64,000 bases of DNA, taken from the NCBI GenBank assembly GCA_050916045.1, contig CP051526.1:1248001-1312000 (forward strand). The letters run 5' to 3'. Source of the DNA: Tepidisphaera sp. GTDB taxonomy: Bacteria; Planctomycetota; Phycisphaerae; Phycisphaerales; UBA1924. Below, in pieces: positions 46,418 through 56,255 of the stretch (its first letter is position 1; every line of letters starts with the position of its first letter). Position numbers and translations under genes: made by a program. The notes beneath the pieces were generated by a model. That model was not told the DNA's origin. It saw only the letters and a program-made list of their open reading frames with translations, and ran no database searches.

Positions 46418-47566
46418 ATGCGCGTGCTGATCATCACAGACTCGCTCTTCGCCGCCCGTGAGTGGGAGATGTTCTCGCGCCTCGAGATCGGTCTGGCTTC
46501 CGAAGGGATTTCGGTCGTCCACGCGATCCCCGCCGATGCGCTGTCGCACGTGATGAGCACCGGCGACAACCCCGTCTTCTCGACGATCATCCCGTTCGTG
46601 CACTCGTCGGTGCCGTTCACCATGGGCCTGCGGATCCAGCGGCTGGTCGCGGCGGTTCGTAGTCGCCTCGGGCTGGACGACGAGGAGCCGGCGTTTGACA
46701 TCGTCCACGCTTTCGGCGGCCGGGCGATTCCCTTGGCCCTTGCCGCGGCCGAGCGGGAGGATGTTCCGGTGGTGATCGAAGCTTGGCGGACCGGCTCGGC
46801 CGCCCGCTTGGCCGCGACCGCCCGCACCGGGGGCCCCACGGTCTATTTCTCGGCTCCGGACGTCGCGATTCAGCGTGAGATCCTCGCGCTGGGCAAGTCC
46901 GGGCCCGCGGCTTCGGCCGCGATTCAGGAACGCGTCCGTGTCGTGCCCTGGGGGGTCCATATGCCCGAATGGGTCCGGGCCAAGCCCTTCGGTGAGCACA
47001 CGCTTTCGGCCATGATCATCGGGTCCGGGCACGACGCGACGGGCATGACCGCCGCGCTGGACGGCCTGGCTCGGGCCTGCCCCAAGGACCGCGAGCTTCT
47101 GGTCTTCGTCGATGCCGACGCCGGCCGCCGGGCCCGGTTGTGGAAGCAAGCCAACCGGCTTGGCATCGCCGGCGCGGTCTCGTTCGTCGACAACCTCGAA
47201 GCCCGCCGCGATCTGCTCGTGGCCGGCGACCTTCTGATCTCCCCCGAATCCCGCGGCGAGCACCGGACGGCGATTCTCGAAGCGTTCGCGTGCGAGATGC
47301 TCGTCGTTTCCGCCGCGGATCCCGGCGTCTCGTGCTTGCGTGACGGCCACACCGCACGGCTTGTCGCCGGCCCACACCCCGCCGCATGGGAAGCCGCGAT
47401 CCGTTCGCTCATGGATGACCCGGCCGGATCGCGAAGTCTCGCACAGTCCGCCAAGCAGTACGTCCAGGACCATCACCTCGCGTCGACGCAGGTCCGCCTT
47501 CTGATTGATCTGTACACGCAAGCCGCCGGGAGCGGCACCCTCAAGCTTCACGCTTCCAGCACGTGA
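46418..47566 (+). CDS. GT-B (family 4-like) glycosyltransferase
   Basis: DIVHAFG, VVPWGV, DLLISPE...ILEAFACEMLVV...DGHTARLV. Confidence 0.8.
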   Translation: MRVLIITDSLFAAREWEMFSRLEIGLASEGISVVHAIPADALSHVMSTGDNPVFSTIIPFVHSSVPFTMGLRIQRLVAAVRSRLGLDDEEPAFDIVHAFGGRAIPLALAAAEREDVPVVIEAWRTGSAARLAATARTGGPTVYFSAPDVAIQREILALGKSGPAASAAIQERVRVVPWGVHMPEWVRAKPFGEHTLSAMIIGSGHDATGMTAALDGLARACPKDRELLVFVDADAGRRARLWKQANRLGIAGAVSFVDNLEARRDLLVAGDLLISPESRGEHRTAILEAFACEMLVVSAADPGVSCLRDGHTARLVAGPHPAAWEAAIRSLMDDPAGSRSLAQSAKQYVQDHHLASTQVRLLIDLYTQAAGSGTLKLHASST

Positions 47567-48071
47567 CCGGCCTTGCCGGGATGCTGAAGGGTGAATGCGA
47601 GGGCATGACGACACGCGACCCCCACGCCGAACGGTCCCGAAAGCCCGGCCACCTCCAAAGGGCCGGGCTTTCGGGAGTCGCCCGTACATCCGTCAGCCAG
47701 ATGAGCGAGGCGTATCTCGCCCCCCTGCGAGACCGCCAGTAGGCTTCGCTTGCGGCGATGTCCGTCCCGAAGATATCGCGGATGGCACCCAGCCCGCGCG
47801 GGGTGAGCCCGCGGATGTGCAGCGCCCCCGCGACGGTGGCTTGAAGCCGAAACCCGCCGCCCTTCTCGCGGAAGTGAACCGTGTCGCCGGCGTGGACGCA
47901 CTCGAAAGCCGGCCCCCGGACCTTGGTCAGCCTGCACTCGATGGTCTTTCGGCCCGAGAGGATCCGGTCCGCCAAGACGGGCGCGATGATCGCGACGTGC
48001 TCACGCAAGCGGTCGGCGGGCGCGGTGGTCGAGAGCTTGATGAGACGCACGAACGCTTCGCGGGAGAGCAT
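47541..48071 (-). CDS. ASCH/PUA-like domain protein
   Basis: ADRILSGRKTIECR (GxKxxExR) and GDTVHF motifs. Confidence 0.75.
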   Translation of the reverse strand: MLSREAFVRLIKLSTTAPADRLREHVAIIAPVLADRILSGRKTIECRLTKVRGPAFECVHAGDTVHFREKGGGFRLQATVAGALHIRGLTPRGLGAIRDIFGTDIAASEAYWRSRRGARYASLIWLTDVRATPESPALWRWPGFRDRSAWGSRVVMPSHSPFSIPARPVTCWKREA

Positions 48072-48079
48072 GGCCCCGA

Positions 48080-48454
48080 TTATCGACGATCAGCGTCGAT
48101 TGGCGGCTTTTCCGCGGGGGGTAATTGCGGGGCTTCCACAACTTCGTGGCGCACTTCGACATCGAACCCGAAAACTGTGTTGCACTCGGGGCAGACGCCG
48201 CGCATCCCCAAGCCCCGGAGCGAATAACCGCAGGTCGGACACGACCGCGACGGAGCCCCGCCCCCCGCTCCCGAGGGGACCGACCACGGGTACCCGACGC
48301 CCCCCCGCATGAGGTTCACCAGGGCGATCACGGGAAAGAGGATGATCGCCAGGACGATGCCGATGAGAACGGCTCCGACCAGAAGCACGATGCCCACGAC
48401 CGCCAGCAGAAGCAACAGCGGCTGAATCGCCCAGGATGGAATGCGCAGCTTCAT
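48080..48454 (-). CDS. Small membrane protein with zinc ribbon
   Basis: Long hydrophobic N-terminus, CPTCGYSLRGL...CPECN. Confidence 0.7.
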   Translation of the reverse strand: MKLRIPSWAIQPLLLLLAVVGIVLLVGAVLIGIVLAIILFPVIALVNLMRGGVGYPWSVPSGAGGGAPSRSCPTCGYSLRGLGMRGVCPECNTVFGFDVEVRHEVVEAPQLPPAEKPPIDADRR

Positions 48455-48476
48455 GGAGAGTTGACTGGAGGAACGC

Positions 48477-48893
48477 TCAGAGGAATCGGAACTCTACCTC
48501 CCAAAGGTCCGCCGCCGAGCCTTGACCGAACGGCTTGAGCGCGAGCCGGAGGTGACGGCCCAGGGTTTGATTGTCGATCGCGTCGATGGCTTCCACGTCC
48601 GCCTTCTTGGCTTCGGTCCAGATGAACATTGCACCGGGGCACTCGTCGAGATTCGCGCCCGCGCAGCCCCGATAGTCCCCACGCTGCTCCCAGCAAGCGT
48701 CGCGCCTGCGGACGTCAGCGTCGAACCTCTGGATATAGACCCGTCCGTAACCTCCTTGACGGGGTTTGTCGAGAACCGCTTTCCAGTGCTCGCCGGCTTG
48801 CCCGTATGAGGCGGCGTGAATGCGTATCTGGAGGACTCCGGGCCGGATTTCCTCAACGTCGATCTTTCCGTAGCTGCTCTTCAACATCGCCAT
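48477..48893 (-). CDS. Hypothetical protein
   Basis: AGGAG SD before ATG 48893; fills the gap between hldE and the 48454 gene; no recognisable motif. Confidence 0.55.
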   Translation of the reverse strand: MAMLKSSYGKIDVEEIRPGVLQIRIHAASYGQAGEHWKAVLDKPRQGGYGRVYIQRFDADVRRRDACWEQRGDYRGCAGANLDECPGAMFIWTEAKKADVEAIDAIDNQTLGRHLRLALKPFGQGSAADLWEVEFRFL

Positions 48894-48936
48894 CAGTCGA
48901 CTCCTGACCACGAGGAAGTTTGGGCCCGCGAGCCGT

Positions 48937-50421
48937 TCAGCCCTTCATCTTCTTGATCGTTCCCGTCGTGCTCCGGCCCGGGACGAGGTCGATGAGAGCC
49001 ACCTTGCCGCCGTAGGACTCGACGAAGTCGGCTCCCACGACGCGGTCCTTGGTGTAATCGCCGCCCTTGACGAGGACGTCGGGGCGGATCGCTTCGATGA
49101 GGGCTTTGGGGGTGTCGTCGTCGAAGATGATGACCGCGCCGACGGAGCCGATGCTCGCCATGACGCGGGCGCGGTCGGCTTGCGGGTTGATCGGTCGCTC
49201 CGGACCTTTGCCCAGGCGACGCACCGAAGCGTCGGAATTGATCCCGACGACCAGGAAGTCGCCGAGCGCCGCGGACCGCTCGAGCAGATCGACGTGGCCC
49301 GTGTGCAGGATGTCGAAAACACCGTTGGTGAAGACGATCTTGTGTCCAAGGGCTCGGTGGGCGTCGATCTCGAGCTTGAGCTGGTCGAGCGTCCGCACCT
49401 TGCCCGCGAGGCGCCCCGAATTCTCAAGCAGAAAGTGGTGCACTCGGTCGAAGGGGATCGGCTGCACGCCGAAGACCTCAACCTCAAGCCCCGCCGCCGC
49501 GTTCGCAAGCCGCACCGCATCAACCCACGGCATCGCGTTCGCCCGCGCCGCCGCAAGCCCCGCCAGGAACATGTCCCCCGCGCCCGTCACGTCGTACACC
49601 TCACGGGCCACCGTCGGGACGGCGACCGGCGTTCCGTTGCGCTCGAGAAGCAGGGCTCCGTGCCGGTCGAGCGTGAGCACCACGGCTTCGAGGTCAAGCG
49701 AGGAAAGCAAGGCATGAGCGACCTGGGCGTTGTGGTCGGCGTTGGAGGAGTCCTCGGCGGTTCGCAAGCCCGTCGCGGTCTCGGCTTCGGTGCGGTTGGG
49801 GGTGATCACGGTCGCGCCGCGGTACTTGCCGTAGTCCTCGATGCGGGCGGGATCGACGAGCACGGGCTTGCCCGCTTCGCGAGCCATCTTGATCACGCCC
49901 TGGCAGAGCATCTCGGTGCAGACACCCTTGTTGTAATCCTCGATGCAGACGACGTCGGAGTGGACCAGCGCGGTCTGGAACGCGTCGAGCACGCGGCGGG
50001 TCTGGTCGAAGGAAAGCGGCTCCTTGGACTCGTGGTCGACCCGGAACATCTTCTGCGGGTGGCGGGCTTGCGCGAGGCCGATGAGGTTCTGCTTGACGGT
50101 GGTGGGGCGGGCGCGATCTTCGAGGAGGGCTCCGCAGCCGACGCGTTCATCTTCGAGAGCTTGTCGGAGGAGCAGGGCGTTCGGGTCCGCACCCGTGACG
50201 CCTACGGCTTCCACATTGCCCTTGAGAGCGACAAGGTCGAGGCAGACGTTCGCCGCGCCGCCCGGACGGTTGTCGATCTTAGCGACGTGGAGCACGGGGA
50301 CGGGAGCGTCCGCGGCGAGCCGCTCGGCGTTGCCGTAGATCAGTTGGTCGAGCATGTAGTCGCCGACGACCACGGCGGAGAATGGCTTCCAAGCGGCGAG
50401 TTGATCGAGCATCCTGTCCAT
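48937..50421 (-). CDS. hldE: Bifunctional heptose-7-phosphate kinase / heptose-1-phosphate adenylyltransferase
   Basis: VVGDYMLD, PGGAANV, DYNKG, TPNRTE, DVTGAGD (PfkB); FTNGVFDILHTGH, GINSDASV, VKGGDY. Confidence 0.96.
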   Translation of the reverse strand: MDRMLDQLAAWKPFSAVVVGDYMLDQLIYGNAERLAADAPVPVLHVAKIDNRPGGAANVCLDLVALKGNVEAVGVTGADPNALLLRQALEDERVGCGALLEDRARPTTVKQNLIGLAQARHPQKMFRVDHESKEPLSFDQTRRVLDAFQTALVHSDVVCIEDYNKGVCTEMLCQGVIKMAREAGKPVLVDPARIEDYGKYRGATVITPNRTEAETATGLRTAEDSSNADHNAQVAHALLSSLDLEAVVLTLDRHGALLLERNGTPVAVPTVAREVYDVTGAGDMFLAGLAAARANAMPWVDAVRLANAAAGLEVEVFGVQPIPFDRVHHFLLENSGRLAGKVRTLDQLKLEIDAHRALGHKIVFTNGVFDILHTGHVDLLERSAALGDFLVVGINSDASVRRLGKGPERPINPQADRARVMASIGSVGAVIIFDDDTPKALIEAIRPDVLVKGGDYTKDRVVGADFVESYGGKVALIDLVPGRSTTGTIKKMKG

Positions 50422-50473
50422 GAGCCGGAGGTTATGCCCCGGGGGCCGGGCTCACGGGAGGCTTCGTTGGGAT

Positions 50474-51574
50474 TCACGGCTTGCGCCAGGATCGGACGGC
50501 GCTGATGACGAGGTCCGCCAGTTCGCCCCCGCCGCGGTCGAACGAAAGGGCGAGCCGGGGGCGCAGGACCGGACAGGGCCAGCGTTCCTCCGGCTGGGCT
50601 CGGAGTTTGGACCAGTCCTTCTCGGTGACGAGGATGAGGTCGGCACCCTTGTCCTTCGCACCGCGGATGAACGCTTCGAGGGTCGGGCCGGCGAAGGGGT
50701 CGTGGTCGGGGAGGATGGCTTCGTGGACGACCTCGGCGAGGGATTTGACGTGGGCGACGAAGGGCCCGGGGTTGCCGATGGCGCAGCCGAGCGCGACCTT
50801 GCGGCCGCGGATGAACTCCGGCGGCACCGTGCGTTCCTTGGTCCCCTCGCCGGTCACGAGGTTCTTCCAGGTATGGCGGCAGACGGCGAGCGGGCGTTTG
50901 CCGGTGAGGTCCTCGATCTTGCCGGAGAGTTCGGCGATGCGAAGGGGCGGGACGGCTTCGGCGTGCGTCAGGACGACGGCGTCGGCCCGCTTGAGGCCGG
51001 CGAGGGGCTCGCGGAGGAACCCGGCGGGGAGCTGGCGGTCCTCGAACGGGCTTCGTGTCGCGTCGATGAGGACGATGTCGCAGTCGCGCCAAAGCTGGCG
51101 GTGCTGGAAGCCGTCGTCGAGGAGGACGGAATCGACCCGCGAGCCGCGGCTTGTGGTGAAAAGCTCCTTGAGTTCTTCCAGCCGGTCGGGGCCGACGGCG
51201 AGGGCGACGCCGGGGATGAGCCTCGTGTACTGCTGGGCTTCGTCGGAATCCGCGGGCGAGCCGGTCGCGGACTTGTACCCCCGGAGCGCAATGCAGGGCG
51301 TGCGGCCGGCGTCCTTGAGGACTTGGTAGAGGTGGGCGACCATCGGGGTCTTGCCCGTACCGCCGGCGGAGAGGTTGCCGATGGAGACGACGGGGCGGTC
51401 GGCCCGCTTGCCGGGGTTGACGTCGTACCAGCCGTTTCGAAGGCCCGCGGCCTGTCCGTAGATCCAGCCCAAAGCGTGACCGAGCTTGGTGGGCATCGGC
51501 CCGGTCGGTCGACCGGGCGAAGCGTCAGTTGCTGGGGTGCCCTTCGGGGGTGGAGGACTGCTGGGCTTTGGCAT
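50474..51574 (-). CDS. lpxK: Tetraacyldisaccharide 4'-kinase
   Basis: VVSIGNLSAGGTGKTP, LRGY, LLDDGFQH, LPAGFLREP, VTEKD. Alternative start 51496. Confidence 0.95.
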   Translation of the reverse strand: MPKPSSPPPPKGTPATDASPGRPTGPMPTKLGHALGWIYGQAAGLRNGWYDVNPGKRADRPVVSIGNLSAGGTGKTPMVAHLYQVLKDAGRTPCIALRGYKSATGSPADSDEAQQYTRLIPGVALAVGPDRLEELKELFTTSRGSRVDSVLLDDGFQHRQLWRDCDIVLIDATRSPFEDRQLPAGFLREPLAGLKRADAVVLTHAEAVPPLRIAELSGKIEDLTGKRPLAVCRHTWKNLVTGEGTKERTVPPEFIRGRKVALGCAIGNPGPFVAHVKSLAEVVHEAILPDHDPFAGPTLEAFIRGAKDKGADLILVTEKDWSKLRAQPEERWPCPVLRPRLALSFDRGGGELADLVISAVRSWRKP

Positions 51575-51956
51575 GGTTGCGGGCGTGTTCGAGGAGGGCG
51601 TGCTGCAGAGCCTTGATCTGCGTGCGCACGGCGCGGGCGCTTCGGTACGAGAGCCAAAGGTTATTCAGCAGATCGGCCACCGCCATCGCGACCACCAGCG
51701 AGACCAGACCGACGACCGCGCACCACGTCAGCACGAAGAACCGGGGGTCCTTGGGCGAGACGGCGCAGAACGCAAAGGCCGTCAGCGGCACCACGATCAT
51801 CATCAGGAGGCCGTTGGCGACCCGGATGCGCCGGCGGCTGGGGGGCATCTCGGCCGAGCGCATCGCGATCATGTGGGAGCCCACGGCGATCACGAGCATC
51901 ATCGCCGGGGGGACGACGATCCACGCGGGGAGCATGGCTCTGGTTTCGTCGATCAT
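51525..51956 (-). CDS. Three-TM hypothetical membrane protein
   Basis: Three hydrophobic helices with an SRRRIRVANG loop; ATGA-coupled to maf. Confidence 0.75.
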   Translation of the reverse strand: MIDETRAMLPAWIVVPPAMMLVIAVGSHMIAMRSAEMPPSRRRIRVANGLLMMIVVPLTAFAFCAVSPKDPRFFVLTWCAVVGLVSLVVAMAVADLLNNLWLSYRSARAVRTQIKALQHALLEHARNHAKAQQSSTPEGHPSN

Positions 51957-52645
51957 GCGGGCACCTTCTCGCGGTCGGACTGGCCTTGCGCATGACATCC
52001 GCACGCCCCGGCGAACTGTTCCAGCCGGACGGGAAGCAGCTTCATCGGCAGGCCCATGACGGTCGTCGGATCGCCCTGGTGGGTAAGCGGCCAGCCGTCG
52101 GCTTGCCTTTCGCGCAGGTTGTACCCGCCGGCTTTCCCGCGCCAGGCGTCGGTTGCGAGGTACTCGCGGATCATCGCGTCGCTGAGGTGCCCGACGGTGA
52201 CGGCGGCGCGATCGACGAAGACCATGCGGCGGCCGGTCGACCGCTCGACGAGCGCGACGCCGGTCACGACTTCGTGCGTGCCGTCGCTCAGGCCGCGCAG
52301 GATGCGGAACGCCTCCGCTCCGTCACGCGGCGTCCCGATCAGCGTGCCGTTTTTCACGATCGCGGTGTCGGCTCCGAGCACGGTGCAGCCGGGCGAAGCG
52401 GTCTGGGCCCCGGCGGCGGCTTTCAAATAGGCGAGAGCCGCGACCCACTGGGACGGCGTCACCGCTCCGGGCGACAGGTCGGAATCGTCGAATCCCGGGT
52501 GCTGGGAATGGTGGGCGAGGCCGGCTTCCTCGAGCAGTTGCCGACGCCTGGGGGATCGGCTTGCGAGGTGGAGGCCGACGTGCGGGCCAAGAGCCGCCGG
52601 GGGCGGCGTCTGGGCGATTCCATTCTGGGGCGATCCCTGCTCCAC
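51953..52645 (-). CDS. maf: Maf-family nucleoside triphosphate pyrophosphatase
   Basis: LASRSPRRRQLL, LGADT, HEVVTGV, GKAGGY, VMGLP; GTG start 6 nt after TACACT. Confidence 0.93.
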   Translation of the reverse strand: MEQGSPQNGIAQTPPPAALGPHVGLHLASRSPRRRQLLEEAGLAHHSQHPGFDDSDLSPGAVTPSQWVAALAYLKAAAGAQTASPGCTVLGADTAIVKNGTLIGTPRDGAEAFRILRGLSDGTHEVVTGVALVERSTGRRMVFVDRAAVTVGHLSDAMIREYLATDAWRGKAGGYNLRERQADGWPLTHQGDPTTVMGLPMKLLPVRLEQFAGACGCHAQGQSDREKVPA

Positions 52646-52715
52646 GAGTGCAGTGTACCACGGAAATTCGCCTTGCCAACCGGGTTTCGCATTTGGCCGG
52701 GTGTATGCTGACGCG

Positions 52716-53522
52716 ATGCGTGCGCACCTCATCCAGATGGACCTCGCGTGGGAAGATCGGACCGAGAATCACCGCCGGCTTTCGGGCTTGCTGGAACGCA
52801 TTTCCGGCTTGGCGGGCTCGGGGGATCTGGTCGCGCTCCCCGAGATGTTCGACACGGGGTTTTCATTCAATCTTGCGCGAACGGCGGATTCGGACGGCAA
52901 GACAGTGGGCTCAACGCTTGGCTTTCTCTGTGATTGTGCCCGGAGATATGGCATCACGCTGCACGGGTCGCGGAGCGTCGTCGGCGCGGACGGTCGGGGC
53001 CGGAATCGGGCGACGATCGTCGGGCCGGATGGGTCTGTGCTCGTCGAGTACGACAAGATCCACCCGTTCAGCTTCGGGCGGGAGAGCGAGTTTTTCTCGG
53101 GGGGTTCGAGCGTCGTGACGTACGAGTGGCGGAGCGGGCGCGACTCGATCCTGGTCTGCCCGGCGATCTGCTACGACCTTCGGTTCCCCGAGCTTTTCCG
53201 GATCGGCCTTCAGAAGGGCGCGGAGATGTTCGTGCTCGGAGCCAACTGGCCCGCGCCGCGGAAGGTGCACCGCCGCATCCTCTCGATCGCGCGGGCGATT
53301 GAGAACCAGGCGTACATGCTCAGCATCAACCGCTCGGGCAGGGATCCGCACCTGGACTACGCGGGCGAGTCGCTCGCGGTGGGCCCGACGGGCGATGTGA
53401 TCGCCGAGGGCGGGACGGGCGAGGAGATCCTCACCGTCGAGATTGATCCGGGCGCGGTGCGGGCGTGGCGGGAGAAGTTCCCCGCGTGGCGGGATCTCAA
53501 GCTTGCGATGGAAGGGGTCTGA
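52716..53522 (+). CDS. Carbon-nitrogen hydrolase (nitrilase superfamily, omega-amidase-like)
   Basis: Catalytic E-K-C: LPEMF, YDKIHPF, ICYDLRFPELF; ARAIENQ. Confidence 0.92.
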   Translation: MRAHLIQMDLAWEDRTENHRRLSGLLERISGLAGSGDLVALPEMFDTGFSFNLARTADSDGKTVGSTLGFLCDCARRYGITLHGSRSVVGADGRGRNRATIVGPDGSVLVEYDKIHPFSFGRESEFFSGGSSVVTYEWRSGRDSILVCPAICYDLRFPELFRIGLQKGAEMFVLGANWPAPRKVHRRILSIARAIENQAYMLSINRSGRDPHLDYAGESLAVGPTGDVIAEGGTGEEILTVEIDPGAVRAWREKFPAWRDLKLAMEGV

Positions 53523-53524
53523 TC

Positions 53525-54826
53525 ATGGCGCAGGAACCGATCGTCTGTCCGCACTGCAAGGGTCGCATCGAGCTCACGCAGGTGATGTCCTCCGCGATCG
53601 AAGCCAAGATCCGCCGCGACCTCGAAGCCGAAGCGGGGGCGCGGCGCGCGGAGGATGAACGCCGCCGACAGGACCTGGACCTCCGCGAAGCCAAAGCCCG
53701 CGAGGAAGCCGCCGCCGCCAAACGCGCCATGACCGAAGCCGAGGAACGCGTCCGAAGCCTCCTCGCGGCCGAGAGGCTCAAGGTGCAGGAGCAGGCCCGC
53801 CGCGATGCCGTCGCCCAGGCCGCCGCCGAATCCGAGCTTGCCATCCGCGCCGCCAAGGAGGACGCCGAACGCATCCGGATGAAGCTGACCGAAGCTCAGA
53901 AAGCCGAGCTCGCCTGGAGACAGGAAAGGCAGGCTTTCGAGGACACCAAGCGGTCGTTCGAGCTCGACAAGCAGCGGGAGATCGAGGAAGCCAAAGCCGC
54001 GCTGCTGGAGCGGGCCCGTCGCGACGCCACCGAAGAGGCGCGCCTCACGCTCGCGAGCAAGGACAAGGTTATCGACGATCTCAAGCGATTGACGGAAGAT
54101 CTGAAGCGGAAAGCCGAGCAGGGTTCGCAGCAGCTCCAGGGCGAGGTGCTTGAGCTTGATCTCGAGGCTTCGCTCCGCGCGGCGTTCCCGCGCGACACGG
54201 TGGAGCCCGTGGCCAAGGGGGCTTTCGGCGGCGATGCGGTGCAGCGCGTGTTGGGGAGCGGCGTGGCGACGGTCGGGACGATCCTCTGGGAATCCAAGCG
54301 GACCAAGACGTGGAGCGATGGCTGGCTCGCCAAGCTCCGGAGCGACCAGCGAACGGCGAAAGCGGACATCGCGGTGCTTGTGACCTCGGCGCTGCCCAAG
54401 GGTGTGGAACAGTTTGGGCAGGTGGATGGCGTGTGGGTGTGCGCGGTGGGGGTGGCGGTGCCGCTGGCGTGCGTGCTCAGGCAGGCGTTGATCGACGTCG
54501 CCGGGGCCCGGGCGAGCGCTGAGGGTGTGCAGACCAAGATGGAGCTTGTCTACCGATACCTGACGGGCCCGGGGTTCAAACAGCGCGTGGAAGCGATCGT
54601 GGAAGCGTTCACGACGATGCGCGAGGACCTCGAGACCGAGAAGAAGTTCGTGATGCGTCAGTGGGCCAAGCGCGACATGCAGATCGCCAACGTGCTCGCG
54701 AGCACGATGGGCATGCACGGCGACCTGCAGGGCATCGCGGGCGGAAGCGTCCCCGAGATCGCCGGGCTTGAGGTCGTGGTGCCGGATCGCTCGCTTGAGT
54801 CCGGAGCGGCGGATCGTCGCGGGTAG
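53525..54826 (+). CDS. DUF2130-like coiled-coil protein
   Basis: N-terminal CPHC, long coiled coil, QGSQQLQGEVLE, ILWESKRTKTWSDGWLAKLRSDQR. Confidence 0.85.
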   Translation: MAQEPIVCPHCKGRIELTQVMSSAIEAKIRRDLEAEAGARRAEDERRRQDLDLREAKAREEAAAAKRAMTEAEERVRSLLAAERLKVQEQARRDAVAQAAAESELAIRAAKEDAERIRMKLTEAQKAELAWRQERQAFEDTKRSFELDKQREIEEAKAALLERARRDATEEARLTLASKDKVIDDLKRLTEDLKRKAEQGSQQLQGEVLELDLEASLRAAFPRDTVEPVAKGAFGGDAVQRVLGSGVATVGTILWESKRTKTWSDGWLAKLRSDQRTAKADIAVLVTSALPKGVEQFGQVDGVWVCAVGVAVPLACVLRQALIDVAGARASAEGVQTKMELVYRYLTGPGFKQRVEAIVEAFTTMREDLETEKKFVMRQWAKRDMQIANVLASTMGMHGDLQGIAGGSVPEIAGLEVVVPDRSLESGAADRRG

Positions 54827-54852
54827 GCCGATCGGGCGAGGAGAAAGAGGCG

Positions 54853-54887
54853 AAAAGCAAAAGAGCCCGGCGAGGTGCCGGGCTCTT
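54853..54887 (-). terminator. Rho-independent terminator (possibly bidirectional) between convergent genes
   Basis: Perfect 11-bp stem AAGAGCCCGGC / GCCGGGCTCTT with 5-nt loop; T-rich tract follows on the minus strand. Confidence 0.85.
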
Positions 54888-54910
54888 GAGTAGACGTTCG
54901 GAGTCGTTGC

Positions 54911-56026
54911 TTAGCGCCAGATCGGCTCGGAGCCGCCGAAGTCGACGCCCTTCAGGCCGCCACGCGTCGTGGCGAAGTAGGCCGCCGTGAAGGTCGCGGT
55001 TCCGCGGCTGCCGTCGCGGAGGGGAGGGAACCAGTCAATGCCTGCTGCGTTGTTGGCGTACACATAGTCCCACGCCTGATTCATGTTCGTGGGCGCGGTG
55101 TAGTCCCAGCCGCGGTTGGCATCACCGGTCACTTTCACCGAGACGTGATTGTCGAAGAACAGGAACGGCTGACGGGCATCGTCGAAGTTCCAGTAGTACT
55201 GCTTCTTGGTGTAGTGGCGGCTGGCGAAGTCATACATGATGATCTTCTGGCCGGGGAAGACGACGTCGGTCAGCACGCGGCGGCCGATGTTGCCCGTGGG
55301 GTTGTTGGCGCCGCCGCCGAAGGTCGTGTAGAAGCGGGCGTCGAGCATGTGGTACGAAGACTCGCGGGCGTTGCCCAGGTCCGCCGACCACCACGACGGA
55401 GCGCAGCGGTAGCTGGAGCTGTAGGGCCAACGCTTTTCATCGTTGGTGAGGGCGCCCGGGCCGGCGGGGTTGGGCTCGCCGAGGTTGTTGTAGTTCTGCG
55501 GGTCGGTCTGCCAGGCGAGGAGGAACCGGTCCTCCGGGCACGCGACCGACTTGGTCGGGAGCGTCTGGGCCAGGTACTCCTGCAGCTTCAGGTGGTTGTA
55601 CAGGACGTTGGCGATCCAGCCGCCGATGGGCAGCATGTCGGTGCGGCCCGTCCGCTTGCGGATGATGTTGATGGCATCGTCCGCGGCGGATCGGGTCTCG
55701 TCCGCGACGGTGTTCGCGTAGGTGATGGTCTGGTTGAGACCTGTCGCGTCCCAGCGGACCGTGCGGCCGCGATAGTGCTGGAGAGACCAAAGGCGGTCCT
55801 TGAAGTCGGCGGCGTACGAGAAGCTGCCGGTGCCGAACATCTTGAGGTTGGCGCCGCAGATCGTGAGCTTGGCGATCTTGCGGGCTTCGGAGAGCGCGGG
55901 CAGGAGGATGCCGATGAGCAGCGCGATAATCGCGATGACCACGAGCAACTCGATGAGCGTGAACGCGGATCTCCGAGAACCCGGTCCGCCTGAGAGTTTC
56001 GAACGAATGGTGCCGACGACCTTCAT
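54911..56026 (-). CDS. Prepilin-type N-terminal cleavage/methylation domain protein (planctomycete DUF1559-like)
   Basis: [29 protein letters not shown]...CGANLK; LFFDNHV motif; GGAGG SD. Confidence 0.92.
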   Translation of the reverse strand: MKVVGTIRSKLSGGPGSRRSAFTLIELLVVIAIIALLIGILLPALSEARKIAKLTICGANLKMFGTGSFSYAADFKDRLWSLQHYRGRTVRWDATGLNQTITYANTVADETRSAADDAINIIRKRTGRTDMLPIGGWIANVLYNHLKLQEYLAQTLPTKSVACPEDRFLLAWQTDPQNYNNLGEPNPAGPGALTNDEKRWPYSSSYRCAPSWWSADLGNARESSYHMLDARFYTTFGGGANNPTGNIGRRVLTDVVFPGQKIIMYDFASRHYTKKQYYWNFDDARQPFLFFDNHVSVKVTGDANRGWDYTAPTNMNQAWDYVYANNAAGIDWFPPLRDGSRGTATFTAAYFATTRGGLKGVDFGGSEPIWR

Positions 56027-56255
56027 TACCAACCTCCCGGCCCGCGGTGCGGGCCCGATGAAGCGATCCCACCCGATAGCTCGACGAGCCATCGAAGCAC
56101 GCCCTTGAAGTCTGAGGCAGGGCGGAGAATGCGCCCGGGCGTCGGACGCGCCCAACGCGGGCGCACCGTCCTCGACGGAATTAGTGTACCACCAGCGCAG
56201 GCTTTGCACAAGTGCGAGCCGAAAGTGTTTCATGCCGCCCCGGGGGTGGTCGGTC

